From the human T2T-CHM13v2.0 reference genome, Homo sapiens, in assembly GCF_009914755.1 (NCBI RefSeq), contig NC_060934.1: 64,000 nt of DNA; one strand, given 5' to 3'. The position numbers and the translations under genes are program-made. Below, in pieces: positions 15,340-31,541 of the stretch. Every line of letters begins with the position of its first letter. Within the stretch, counting starts at the first letter, position 1. Under the pieces are notes generated by a model. The model had not been told where the DNA came from and ran no database searches. It saw only the letters and a list, made by a program, of their open reading frames with translations.

Positions 15340-16200
15340 TAATTGTATGTATTTATGGGGTACACCTTCATGTGGTACATATGAAGTATGGTGATCAGAT
15401 TAGGGTAATTAGCATGTCTCTCATCTCAAATGTTTATCATTTCAGTATCTTCCTTCCAGCCATTTAAAACTGTATGGTATATTATGGTTAACTATAGTCA
15501 TCCTAAGGAGCTATAGATCACTAGAACTTAATTCTCCTATCTAGCTGTAATTTCGTATCCTTTAGCAAATTTCTCCTGTCCCCACTTCCCCCCTACCCTT
15601 CTTAGGCTCTAGTATCCTCTGTTCTCCTTTTTACTTCTATAAGCTCAGTTTTTTTAGCTTCCACCTATGAGTGAGAACATGTGGTGTTTAACTTTCTGTT
15701 CCTATCATATTTCACTTAATGTCCTCCAATTCCATCCATGTTGTTGGGAATGACAAGATTCTATTTTTTTTAAATGGCTGAATTGTATTCCATTATGTAT
15801 ATATACCACATTTTTTTGTATCCCTTCATTTGTTGTTGGACGCCTATGTTGATTTTCTTTATTCATCTGTGTGGGACACCTAGGTTGACTGCGTATCTTG
15901 GGTATTATGAATAGTGCTGCAAGAACCTTGGGGTTGCAGATGTGTCTCTGATACACTGATTTCCTTTCCTTTGGATAAATGCCCAGTGGCGGGATTGCTG
16001 GGTCATGTGGTGGTTTTATTTGTAGTTTTTTTAAGGAACCTTCATATTGTTGTCTATAATGGCATATTCCCACCGAGTGTCTAACAGTTCTCTTATCTCT
16101 GCACCTCACTGGCATTTGTTATTTTTTTGTCTTCTTGATACTAACTATCCTAACTGGGGTGAGATAATACCTCATTGTGGTTTGGTTTGCATTTTCCTGG
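15340..16200 (-). mobile_element. L1MA-type 3' fragment
   Basis: aattgtatgtatttatggggtac..., ttagcttccacctatgagtgagaacatgtgg. Confidence 0.85.
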
Positions 16201-17071
16201 GCAGCTTTTTTATAGACAATCAGGAGACTGAACAGAGGTGATCGCAATACCTTTTTAGGTCTCTGATAAGGCACAGCTGCATGAGGCATGAGTGCAGCCT
16301 GTTAATTTTTTATTTTAGGGAAAAGATCCACTCACTGTAGGCTGTTTCACACTCTCCTAGAAAAAGAAAAAAACAAAAAACCAAAACATCATCCAAGCAA
16401 AGAACTTGGCGCTTGGTTTATCTCTGTCTCTTTTCCCACTTAACATCTCACACAATGTGTCTAGCTTCTACGCTGGAGTCTGCTGTCCAGGGTTGAGAAA
16501 TTCATGTGGACCTGAAGATGCTCATTGGCAGCCAGGCCATTATAAAATGAAGATGGACTCGACCAGGGAGAATGTAGTAGGCATTCAGCCCACCACCCAG
16601 AGGGAGGCTGGTGCTACCCTTGCCAGGATGTGAATGGGACGCCATGAGCTTGTTCTCTATGGAGTTGTTCCCAGACCCTAACAGATCAGAAAATTGAAGC
16701 AAAACTGAGCGATCAGCAAAAAGGCCACCATCTTTGTAGTACGTCATATGTCAGGTGACAACATCTTAGATGCCATTTGTCATCCTCATCCTTCTTAAAG
16801 GAGACAAGAAGTCGTTGCCCTCAACCCCTAAGAAGGGGCAACTGTGAAAGGCCAAATAATCAGAATAAAGGATAGCCTCTCACATTACATACTTTTGGAT
16901 TCATTTAAAAAAATTCCCTACATGGTTCTTGTTTTTCTCATGTCACTCAAGAATTGGGAACCACAGCCCTGGACTTGTCTGGGTTTAGGTGCCTGCAGTG
17001 GAGACCCCAGTTCCAGAGTCAATCAGTGAACCACAAAGTACCACTTTCAAATTGCTTTTCACACACCTCCT

Positions 17072-17790
<719 letters not shown>

Positions 17791-20269
17791 TCCGCTCCTC
17801 TCTCCTACTCCCTTGTCAAATACCCTTGCAAGGCTGGCTTTTAATTTGTCTTCATATATGGGATTATTTAATCATTAGTCCTAAAATGAACAAAGGGCTA
17901 GGGGCTGGGCATCTGGGGTTGTGATCTTGACTGGGTTGCATGATTTGGGGCCATGTGCATAACCCCTGAGGCTCTTTTTTTTCTTACCTACAAAATCATG
18001 GGTTGTCTGGCTCATTTCACAGTTAAATGTGAAGTTTCCATATCCATGTATGAGATTTCAATCACTGCTTTCCACTGTCTGCTTTAGGGATTGGGGAGTA
18101 GGGTATTTAGAGGTGAAACAGGAAGAAAGGAATTATGTGTATGTGCTTTACAAATTCACATGTGCTTGAATGTATTTACCCTTGATGTGCTCATTTTATT
18201 TCATTTCTATGATTTTTGACGTGTTTATTTTTCCCACGTCTAGAACAGAATAGGTGTGCTGGCAGGGATGCTGTTAGGAACTGTGATAGATGTATTTATG
18301 GTTCCTGAAGGTTTACGAATACGGTCATGCTGAGCTGGGGAAGTCCAGCCTCTGCCCTGGGCTTCCTTCACCTGATGCAGTTATTTCTTGTTAAAGATTC
18401 ACTGTAAAATGCCAAATAAACTTAATAACTAACTAATAACCATCTTTGTCAGTTGAGGACACTTACATTTTATGAATTTTGGGGAAAATATAGGAAGATA
18501 CCTGAGGAAATAGAATTTTCAATATCATAGGTCTAGCTTTTGATATTACAGAATTTTTGTGCACATGTGGCAATGTGCTTGCTTTGGCTTTCTAAAAAGA
18601 ATTCAGGTAGCGGTAGACATCTTGATAGCAGTAAAAAAAATACAACCAAAAGGAAGGCCTTCACCGTTACCTGAGTGTTCACCATGGACCCCATTGTGCC
18701 AGATCCAACAGGGGCATCATTTTCTCTAAGACACAAAACACACACGCAATTCTACGAGGTCAGTATCCGGTCCTTATTTTGGCCATTGAAAACCTGAAGA
18801 TAGAGCAGATCGTTTGCCAGAGGGCAGGCACCCAGGGGCTCGGGGAGGGGTGCTGCCCTACCCACTTTAGCTGTCTGTAGAGACCATGAACGTGAACACC
18901 AGGAGGCTGCGTGCGCCTGAAATTCTGGACTTTACAGCCTGAGGTGCAGCTCAGGCAGCTCAGGTTTATGGAGGCCATTCCTTGTACGGCTAAGCACCTT
19001 CCTGTCCTTGGAGGTGTGGGCAGGAAATGTTGAAAGGTGGGTGGCTCTGCCCTCTGGTGGCTTTTCTTTAGTTGGGGATGTCTTAACACACACATCTGAA
19101 ATAAGACTGGCTCATGCAGAACAAGAGATGGGAAGCTTTGCGTGGTGCCAGGGCTGTTTGGAGGAGCGGAGTTAAAAGATCAAACACAGACTTGGGTCTG
19201 GCTTTCGTGATGAGGTGCACCCAGTGGGAAGGCCCAGCTGGCGAGGGAGAAGTTGGTACCCAAAGATGTGGGCTGGACTGGCTTCTTTCCTTCAGTAGAA
19301 GCAAGGGCCCAGGGAAGGGAGTGTGTGGTGGGAAGGTACGGTGGCCCGTGCTTGCCAGAGGAGTTTGCACATGACATGGTTTAATTTTAGAGAATTTTAG
19401 AGGTGTGCCACAATGCAGGTGCCTTTTGTGCATAGCCTCGCCTGGCTGGGCTGTGCAGGATGGATGGATGAGAGCTTTGATCCGCGATTTTGAAGATGAG
19501 TTTTATATTGAATGCTATATCCTATTAGGTAGAGGCTGTTGGGTAGGAGGAACATTAATATATATTTTTTTAAATTGAGAGTGGGCTAGTTGAATACTTT
19601 TTGGGCCTTAAACACTTTGTAGCATCCTTTTTACACCTGTGACTGCTGCCTTTATTCCATAATGCATGAGCAAAAGTGTGGTTGGAATTTAATGGTGTGA
19701 CTTTTTAGGGGCTTATGTAGGAGCACTATGATCCTTTTGCAAAATAGGAGCAGCTTTATGTCAGGATAAACATGGGATTTCAGACATTTCTTGCTTATCA
19801 TTGTCAGTTTTAAGGATTTCTTCTAACACAGGACATATTTTTGTCTACTGTGATTGTAAAATCTATTGGCTTAATATCAACATTGCTATATGATAATTTT
19901 TTTATTAATTTGGTTTCCAAAGAATATTCACTCCATGTGCAATTGATTCATAGGCAGATAAAAATCTATTAGTGGAAATAAAAGATAGTATTGAAGTGTC
20001 AATCAAAATACTGTTAACAATGTCTTCTTATGTCACTTATGGTCATCTGGTGTCATGGGTAGTTATGAATTTCTCCTCCTTAAACTATTGACCCTTTATA
20101 TTTGTCTGAAAGAAAAGGTCACTTCTGTGGGTATCAGAGAGGATGATGCAGGCAGCGACTGAATGTATTTCAATATTAAAAACAACAACATTAAAACAAG
20201 CCAACACGACTCAGCATGGTCACTTCTATCTTTACTATTACTAATATATTTCCCCTTTTTTCATCACAG

Positions 20270-20353
20270 CTTTTTATAACTATGATGCCAGAGGAGCGGA
20301 TGAACTTTCTTTACAGATCGGAGACACTGTGCACATCTTAGAAACATATGAAG
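20270..20353 (+). CDS. DOCK1: DOCK1 exon 2 (84 nt): (A)[27 protein letters not shown](G), SH3 domain
   Basis: ttttttcatcacag| acceptor, TACTAAT branch motif at 20239, GAAG|gtgcgt donor; SH3 signature Y-x-Y-x-A...DELS. Confidence 0.97.
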
Positions 20354-20616
20354 GTGCGTATGCATCTTGGTATCTTTTCTCTTACATTTTGGGCAGATGG
20401 CACACCTTCTCAGTGCCTGCTGGGCAAAGCATTCCTCTGTTACAGACACATAAGACAGTCATGCTTCCTTCTCAGGCTCCCTTTTCTTGCAGATGGATAC
20501 TGTTTCAGGTAAGGGTAGTAGTGAGGCTGTTGTTTAATACTTTCTGAAGGTGAACTTAAAACTGAAATTCCCATTTTTAAACTCCTTGGCTCCTTATTTT
20601 CAAGCATGTGTAAATC

Positions 20617-20920
<304 letters not shown>

Positions 20921-20989
20921 AAGTGTGTATAAATCTTGATTGTTAACAGTTGACCACTTGATAAAAAATAGGTTTAAGATAGTTTACTT

Positions 20990-21285
20990 CGTTGTTTTGA
21001 GACAGGGTCTTGCTCCATCGTGCAGGTTGGAGTGCAGTGGCACAATCAGAGCTCACCGCAGGCAGCCTCCCCATCTTGGGCTCAAGCAGTCTTGCCACCT
21101 CAGGCTCCCAAGTAGCTGGGACTACAGGTGCATGCTGCCACACTCAGCTAATTATTTATATTTTTTGTAGAGACAGGATTTCACCATGTTGCCCAGGCTG
21201 GTCCTGAACTCCTGAGCTCAAGTGATTTGCCTGCCTCAGCCTCTCAGAATGCTGGAATTACAGGCGTGAGCCACTGTGCCTAGCC
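20990..21285 (-). mobile_element. AluJ
   Basis: Diverged dimer. Confidence 0.9.
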
Positions 21286-21483
21286 TGCTTCATTGTTTTG
21301 ATGTGTTTGATGTGAACTAAGATTTCTTCTTTTAATGTCCTCACTTAGATTTGTTAGCAGTATATGTCTCAGAGGAACCCCAATTTTCATCCTTTCCTTT
21401 TTTTTTAAACCTGTAATCCCCATTTTCTTGGGATGAACAGAGATTTATCATAGTTATATGGGATGCCGTCCAATGAAGCAATA

Positions 21484-21783
<300 letters not shown>

Positions 21784-22801
21784 TGAAGCAATTGTTATAA
21801 TTATCCAATAAATAAACTATTGGTGACAGTGGTTTTCCAATGTCCTTGGCTTTTCAGACAATTTGTTTTTATATTTTGTGTTTGCAAATAATTTGAGCAT
21901 GCCATATTTCATTTTATGCTGTGGTTATTGTTGCACAGAAGGGAAGAAATGATGGGCTTGATTTTTTAAAGACTGTTCAGATCTGGAGGTTTTGGTGAGA
22001 TTGTGTTTTCTTATTGTTGTCGGCTTAATTTCCTGCTTGAAAGGGTGGTTCCCATATAGCATATGAATAAAAAGGATAATTTCAGTAGAAAAACTGCTTT
22101 TTCACAGAGGTTTTTTAGCAAAACCCTTCCACATGGGAGGTTGGGGGTGAGAGGGGAAATTGAAGACATCCCGTAGTAATCAGCAAATTGAACTTCCAAC
22201 TTGAAATCCACTTTACAAGGAATGAAGTATGCCCAGCTTCCTGCTCGAGGCAAACTGTGACCAGCTCCTGGTAGACTCCTCTGAGAAACACAGACCTACT
22301 AACAGATCCATGTTCATGGCCCTTATTTCCCCATCTGATGCATGCTGTACCTTCCCTAAAAAAGTCCTGTCTGAAAAAAAAAATCGACTTTAGTGGCCTC
22401 TGCGTGGAAGCCAGTGCAGCTCTGCAAAAACCAGCCCCAGTCCTTAAGCGGATGAGTAGTTGTGATGGGGTCTTCTGCTTGTTTTCCGTGTTTACAGCTG
22501 ACAGCTGTGTTCCCTTATCTCCTCTCAGTATATACTGCATGTGTCTGAGAGGAGACAGAGAGAAATTAAGTAGAGGTTAAGGATCAAACCGCTCATCTCA
22601 GACACTTTTCTGATTTGAAGGGAAATGCTCTTGTATCTTGTTTTACTTTTGCTGCCGGTCAGTTGAAGTTGAAATCCTGGTTAATAAACACTGGGCAATG
22701 ATGTCATTCCTGAATAGTTAATGATTTCCTGTGGCCCCTGGGCCTGTGGAGACTGCATTTTTGTTCTTTGCTTCATAAGAGGAATGCGTGTGTGGTGGTG
22801 G

Positions 22802-22961
22802 TTTTTTTTTTTTTGAGATGGAGGCTCGCTCTGTCGCCCGGGCTGGAGTATGGTGGTGCAATTTCAGCTCACTGCAACCTCTGCCTCCTGGGTTCAAGGG
22901 ATTCTCCTGCCTCAGCATCCTGAGTACCTGGGATTGCAGGTGCCCACCACCATGCCCAGCT
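22802..22961 (-). mobile_element. 5'-truncated Alu (right arm)
   Basis: TSD gaggaatg(c/t)gt on both sides. Confidence 0.9.
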
Positions 22962-25172
22962 GAGGAATGTGTTTTTTAAACAGTGGACTCCTCGGGCATG
23001 TCAGTGGTCCTTGTAATACGTGTAACTTCAAAAATATCTGATTGCAGGCATTTGACTTTTTGGCTGACATCATGATAAGAGATCTACAGTGAACATTAAT
23101 TTTCTGGGCTAGTCATTCTTTCTAGATTCTGATGAAAATATTTCAGTCTTTGTAAAGACTCTTTAGCATAAAATGAATTTCCGTTCCTTGACAACTAACT
23201 TTTTGGTTTTAATCTGAATCTAATCAGAGAAATGCATTTGGAGAAGTATTAATAGTTTTGACTTTGGGGAGTGTGGTGACTTTTTGTCATTAAATAAAAA
23301 GAGAATAATGTACTTCCATTTGTTTTCCAATATCTTCCTCTTGTTTTATCTAAATTTCATGGCTTGTATTAGAGTCTGGCATTTTCTTTTTCTTTCCTTG
23401 GCTCTCCTTTTCCTCTAAGATGACTTTTTGGTTTAGCAAGTTTGATTTTCTTTTTTTCTATGATCCTTTCCAGGATATTACAGAGCTTGCTCCAGAGGCT
23501 ATAATTTCTAGATGATAAATCTTTATTTTAGGGTTCAAAGACTAAATTTACCTTCAAGTTGTGGTTAATTTCTCTTTCTTGAGCTCACGAAGGCTTACAG
23601 CATAGAACAAAGAAAATGAGCTTTCTAGCTCATGGTGGAAGTGGAAAGAGCTTTGAGAGCTCATTCGTGCAGACCCCTGCCTTTAAACAATGTCCTACCT
23701 CCAGATAGGAGAGGTGAGGCCAGGCCCCAGTGTTGATTGAGTGACTCTTGTCTGGTCAAGGGCGTGCCAATCCTGCTGTCGACTCGTTTCCATAGGGTCC
23801 CCAGGGCTTCCATAGCGTCCCCAGGGTGAGATGCTGCACCAGAGGCAAGCTGCAGGCATTGCCCAAAGTTGAGGAAATTGTCCTTTTGATTCAGCCACAT
23901 TCAAACTTAATTTATTCAACTCTTTAAAAGGGATAGTGATGCATTTTCTTCTAAAATGACTAGACCGCCATTTTCCTGTGCTGGACTGTGTCCTCCCCGA
24001 GTTTGGGACCTGTGTCTTGCCTGTATTTGCCTGTTCCCTGGGTGGATGTCTCTTTTTTTGGAGCAGGTTGGTTGACTACGTGGAGGCCACTTGCAAGCCG
24101 TGCCAGGGAGAAGTTAATTCTGTAACAGCTGTGAATCTTTCTCCTTCCAGCCTCATCCCCTCTTTGCTGTGCCCCAGAGCAGCCAGGTAATCGTTCCGTT
24201 CTGTTCTCTTACTCTCCGGTGCAAAACCTCTGCCGGGACATCCTCTCTCCTTCATGCCGAACTCTGTCATGCAGCAGGGTTTGTGGTGTGACCCCTACTT
24301 GTCTTAGGGCACTTCCAGTTTCTGAGCTCATGGAGGACAGAGATTGGGTCTAATCTCTTTCTGTATTTGTGGCACCCAGTGTGGTCTCTGGTACATGGTG
24401 TGCGGGCTCACTTTGTTGAAGAAATAGTGCATGCCAAAAATCGTGGGGAGGAAAACCATGGTTTTCATTTTGCTTAGGAAGGCCATTAGAAGAGGAATCG
24501 ACTGCCTATGAACATTAAATAAAGACACAAAACTCCTTGCCTTTCATGCCTACTGCTTGGCCCTTCCTCCTCCTGCCTCCCATAGAAAACCTTTCTACTG
24601 TGTGTGAAGTGGCCTCTCGTTTGCCTGTGTTCTCGTGCTGTTTGGTGTGCATCTGTTTTTAACAGATGTAAGTGTGTCATTATAGTCTTGTTCTGTTTTT
24701 TATTTTCCCTCGTGCTCCATTTAAAATGCACTGTGTTCTCTGTGTCCCTTTAGTCCATGGCTCTAACTGCATCGTGTGCACATTTCATGTTTTACTAACT
24801 GCCTGCCTCCCCGGGTATGAGCACTTAGGTTGTCCCCGCTTCCCACCACCCAAGATCAAGCTGCCCTGAGCATCCCATGTCCATCTCACTCTGCAGGGCA
24901 CACAGATGTCTTTGGGCTGCGTTCCCAGGAGGGGGTTGCTGGGTCTTGGGTGTGGAGATGTAGACTTTGGATAAGCAGGGCCTGCTTCTCCCAGGCTGGT
25001 TGCCGCAGTGGACACTGCCACCCACGGTGACCAGGGGCTTCCTGCATCCTGCAGTGTTCTGCCTTCTACCACTCTTAACTGTGTACTTTTCATTTCTCTG
25101 ACTATTATTAAACTGAAGCATCTCTTCATACATGTTGAGGTCTTATGGGTTTCTTCTATACATAGTTTATAA

Positions 25173-25486
<314 letters not shown>

Positions 25487-25694
25487 TCATTTTCTTACTA
25501 TACTTAGTTGCTGTCTTTTTGTGTCTCTGTATTATTTCCTTATGTATTCTAAGACGTTAATCTTTGTCAGTTTCAGAAAAGAAAGGACATATTAATGTTG
25601 AAAATGCAGGAAGACTATAATAGGATAAAGGACAGTTGTTGAAACTGAGTACACAGCTTTGCATAACTCATTCAACTGACCTTTCTTTTTCCTT

Positions 25695-25758
25695 TTTGAT
25701 ATATGAGCACTGTGTCATAGATGGGCTTTGATATATGAGCACTGTGTCATAGATGGGC
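25695..25758. repeat. Perfect 32-bp tandem duplication
   Basis: tttgatatatgagcactgtgtcatagatgggc x2. Confidence 0.97.
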
Positions 25759-26181
25759 GCTGATACTGGGCCAGCTTATCAAAACCACTGAACTTGACAA
25801 TATGGCTATCAGGAGATAATCCTTCAAATGTGTGGCTGAAGTCTAGGCATTTTGTATCTGAGGTTCCCCCAATCAGTCTGTTGAGTCTCCAGTCAAGAGA
25901 GTGAAATGAGTTCAGTTCATCATAACTGGGTCTTAGCAAAACCTTTGCCAGAGTCCTGGCAGTTTCTGTCCTCTTTTCTGGATATGCAGAAAACAGCTGG
26001 TTAGTCATCCCTTGGGGATTCTGCTCATCTTAACACCATCACTTTCTGGTTCACAATCATCCTTTTCATCCCTGGTTGTGAAAATTTTCACCTTTTGAGA
26101 GAGGTGGAGGCCAGTTGCTGTGACAATGGCCCGTTTTCACATCTGTCTGATCTTTGGTTCTGAGGTTTGCCTTTTTAATAG

Positions 26182-26606
<425 letters not shown>

Positions 26607-27515
26607 TGAGCTTTTGATTAGCTTTCCAGAAACTAGATGGCCTGGAGTGACTTCAGAATGTTTGGGAGTAAAAAATCATCCATCTGAACTCACAAATGGT
26701 GGGGTGCTTGGAGGCTGGATACTGACGGTAGACCCCTAGGCCTTTGCAGGGGCAGTTCCTGTCCTCAGCCTGAGAGGGGTGCCAGGGGTGTGGCTGGGTC
26801 TGGTCCCTTGTTGAAGGGACTCTTCTGTGTGGCATCCATGGCATGCGGATGGTTCGAGTGTGTCTTTCTTTCTGCTCTCACTATTTTCTTTCTCTCGCCA
26901 CTTGGAAGGAGCGAGAAGTGGAGCCTGGGCCAAACCCAAAGGGCAGGTGTGTCCTGTGCTTGGCCCTGGAGCTTCCTGTGGGTTGAGGGCTGTATTGTTG
27001 CTACAGAAGTACTTTGTGAGGTCGTGGCTGCTCCAGGAAAAAGTGCCCTGTCTTGAAGTGGGAGGAAGTTCTCTCTCAATGGGTTTTCTGTTTTGGGGCA
27101 GCGAGATGCTGACATGTGCCCTTGGAGAGATCTTGGTCTAAATCAGGCAGAGGGAGAGTGAAGAAAATGCATACACAAGGAGCCTACTCAGGGCCAGTGG
27201 TTGAAAGGACAAGTCCTGCTCTTGGAACTGTGCATCTGAACTTCAAACTGCTGCTTCCGAACCACATGAGATGACGGAGGTGAAGGTATGGAGGCCCATG
27301 TGTGAAGGTTGCCAGCTGGGCTCCGGGTGCGCTGTTGAAATGCTCTCTGGGAAACCACGTAGTATATCTCCAAAGCCTTAGGTTCACTGAAAAATGCTGG
27401 TGACAAACTGACCTCACTGGTTCTGCCAAACAGTGAGTTCTACACATCATGAATGTATTGTGAGGACCCTAACATGTCTCTTTGTACTAACTGTTTCAAC
27501 TTTGTGTTTGTTTAG

Positions 27516-27556
27516 GGTGGTACCGAGGTTACACGTTACGAAAAAAGTCTAAGAAG
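27516..27556 (+). CDS. DOCK1: DOCK1 exon 3 (41 nt): (G)WYRGYTLRKKSKK
   Basis: TACTAAC branch point at 27485, tttgtttag| acceptor, AAG|gtaagt donor; SH3 WxxG motif; phase fits exon 2. Confidence 0.97.
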
Positions 27557-28248
27557 GTAAGTCCTTCTTCTTAAACACAGTGCATGTCTCTTCATAAATC
27601 ACACCTTGAGAGGAAATCAATTCCATCTCATTTGTGTCTGAGGGTTTTACTTCTATATCTCTTTCTCTGAATTTAAAAAAATATATGGGTAGGAATGTGA
27701 ACGAGCTTGGATTGTTTTCTTCTGAACAATATGTGTACATAGAAATTGTAGCTTCATCTCCGTGAGTGAATTGCTAGTTTGTGATATAGTGTTGGCCTGT
27801 TGTCTTCTGTTCATGAATTTTGTGTCCTTTTTAGGTCTGTGTGTGTCAGAGAATGATCCGAGTAAAGCGACTTCAGGAAAAAAATTATTTCTCACAGTTG
27901 TCAATCTTATGTTGTCCTTAATAATAGATTAGCAAATTTGCAAGCTCATGCATGCTGTTTCCCTCTTGCATATAACTGTTTTTACTCTGCCTAAGTCAAG
28001 CTGTGAAAAAAGGAGTTCTGCTCTCCTAGAGCAGTTTGCATGAGTGGTTGTTTGAATTTCTGAAACTAAGACATGTAATTACACCTCGGATCATTGTGGT
28101 GGGCACTCCCATACACAATTCTGTTGTGGCTTTAACATTCTTAGCTTCATGGAACCTAATTATGGCTCTTCTGTTTCATTCTACGATGTTAAGATTTTGA
28201 AGTAACCTCTATTCTAAGCTGTGGTTGGGCTGTCCACGTTACCCAATA

Positions 28249-28311
28249 TGTTTTAATATCTAATTATGTTTGACCCGATGTGTTTTAATATCTAATTATG
28301 TTTGACGGATG
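28249..28311. repeat. Tandem duplication, 32-bp period
   Basis: tgttttaatatctaattatgtttgac at 28249 and 28281. Confidence 0.95.
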
Positions 28312-28807
28312 GTTCATTTTACTTTTGTGTCCTAAATTTACCTCTCATTATCTCCTTATTGGGCTGGACTCTGGATTGTGGTCCTGAGCCTGTAATAAGT
28401 CCTCCAAAGTCTAGTGGCCCAAGTGCCAGGGTCCTTCCACTCTGCCTTCCCCAGAGCCCCTAACCCAGGCTTTGCTGAGCAGGTCAGAATGGGTCATCCT
28501 CTCGCAACACCAGCACTTGGGAAGGGTCCAGGGTGGTCCCTATGGCAGCCATCCTCTGGCACAGTCATGTCTAATGTGAGAGACAGTGTTAGGAAATCAG
28601 TGAGCCAGATCTGCAAATTGGGACCAGGACCTCTTACCTCCACCTTGCCAACCTCAGACTGGGCTACAGGTCTCTACACATCAGTGACCTATAGCCTTGA
28701 AGTTTGCACAAGATCGATTTCAATCCAGTGGATGGTGGAATAGATTTCTCCAAGGAAAGTTCTATTTTCACATTGGTTTTCCCTTCCCCAATCAAGAGTG
28801 AATTCCA

Positions 28808-28935
28808 GCCAGGCCCAAAGATATGCACCTGTAGGCCCAGCTACTTGAGAGACTGAAGTGGGAGGATTGCTTGAGCTCAGGAGATTGAGACCAGCCTCTG
28901 CTGGTCATAATGAGTGAGATCTATCCCTAAAAAAA
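28808..28935 (+). mobile_element. Alu monomer (FLAM-like)
   Basis: cacctgtaggcccagctacttgagagactgaagtgggaggattgcttgag. Confidence 0.75.
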
Positions 28936-29767
28936 TAGTGTGTATCTGCAGATGAAGCTCTGAATTTAGGAAAGCTGCAGTTGAAACCTTTAGTAATAAG
29001 AGATTAAGATCATGGACTAATATGCCCCTCCCCCATCACATTCCTACATAGGACACAACTGCCACATCCTGGGCTGGATGTGCCCCAGGCAAGCTGTTCC
29101 TTTTTCTTTGAATCTTACTTGGTATTTGTTATCACCTTCCCCAATTTGAGATCTCTTCCATTCCCACAATGCCTCCTGAAACCACAGTATTTCTGCACTA
29201 CACCTGGGCACCTAGACATCATAACTCATTCATAACTCATCAACACAGTAGCGCTGGGTAGGGCATAGCTATTTTTCCATCTAAGATCTCCACTGGTAGA
29301 TGAATAAATCCAAGCTTTACAGAGATTATAAATTTGTAAGGGGCCTCCTAGGCAGTAGCAGAAAAGGGATGTGGGCCCTAGGAATCCTGGCACCACGTGT
29401 CTGTAAACAACTTTCCTGTAGTTATAAGTGTGCAGTTGATTGGGGTGGTGCTGAGCAGGCCCAGCGGAAGTTGCGCATTTCAAACCTGCAGGTGTGTCCA
29501 GCCTCACTCAGTCATTATCCTTCCTGTGGCTTCATGATTCTCCAGTGGGTTTGCTGAGATTGAGGGTTGTCTCCACCTGTGGACATGGACAAGACTGGGA
29601 CTGGTTTTTTGTTTTTCTCCCCCATCTGGGTGGACACCTATTGCTATCATGGAAAGAAACCCAGGAGGGTGTACCTGGGATTTGGAGGTGTCCCGGATAA
29701 CCAGGACCTGAACACAGCAACCCAGCGTTGGGTCCCTTCAGACTTCTGTTTTTTTTAAGTTAATGTT

Positions 29768-30070
<303 letters not shown>

Positions 30071-30339
30071 AGCCTTGTTTGTTGCTCAGCCTCTGACTCT
30101 CTGCCTGACGCCTTCCCTCTCTGTGATAATTCTTCTTTATATGGAATTTGGCCACTTTCCTTGTTGGCAGAAGCAACATGAATCATTGGTGCCTGCTAGA
30201 CCAGTTCAGCCCCCTGCCTGCCCCCTGCCCACCCCCTGCCCTTCCCAAACTTGATTAGTAGCTTGTTTTCTGCATCATTCAGGGCTGAATGCCGGGGAAA
30301 CCCATGCAGAAGCTTCCATTCCCACAACAGGTGCCTTGA

Positions 30340-30805
<466 letters not shown>

Positions 30806-31485
30806 CGGACCCAAACTCTTGATAAAGCTCTTTCTGGCACTTCACAGAATGTGCCTGAGGCTGAATGTCCTGTTGAGAAACTCTCCCCAGGCTTCATTCT
30901 CTTGGGCTCACATGTGCATTGCACTTGAGGGAGGCCGACCAGCTTATCAGCGGAAGCTAGGGTGTACCCCCAGGTGTTGTGCAGATTGGGCGAAATTCGG
31001 CCTGTCTTTCTGTATTTTACCAGAGGGCCCCCCTGTTGGGGAAGTCTCTGAGAAAGTCTCTGTGGGTCTGGGTACGTGGTCAGTGCACAAGGGACAATTG
31101 GTGGTGTAAACCAACTTTCATCATTTTGAAAGAGGAGACCATCATCAAAAATTGCTTTTGAGACATCAGTTGGCCTTTGTTCTGCCTGCATTGAGGCCAA
31201 AAAGGTGTGATCTATGGAGCAGCCTGCAAATTGCCTGTATCTTTGTGGACTTTTTCCTTTGCAAGTGTGTTGCCTGTTTGCTTCTAAGACATCGGCAGAC
31301 TGCAATACAAGCCAAATGAGTTGCCGTCTTTTCTACTTCTTTGTGTTTTCTTTGATATGTTAAGACTTAAAAAATTAAGAGCGATCTAGCCACCCCTCAC
31401 CCCACCTTTTTGGGAACTATTGTTTGATTTACATTCAGCAATCCTATTGATAATAAAAGCTACTGTTTTTTTTTTCCTCCCAAAG

Positions 31486-31541
31486 GGTATATTTCCTGCT
31501 TCATATATTCATCTTAAAGAAGCGATAGTTGAAGGAAAAGG
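31486..31541 (+). CDS. DOCK1: DOCK1 exon 4 (56 nt): GIFPASYIHLKEAIVEGK(G)
   Basis: Poly-T tract and caaag| acceptor, GG|gtgagt donor; SH3 GxFPxxY motif. Confidence 0.97.

Noticed and set aside
16520-16560. ATTGG followed by TATAAAA as a possible internal promoter
   Set aside because: Spacing of ~13 bp is too short for a CCAAT-TATA promoter, and there is no CpG island or other support
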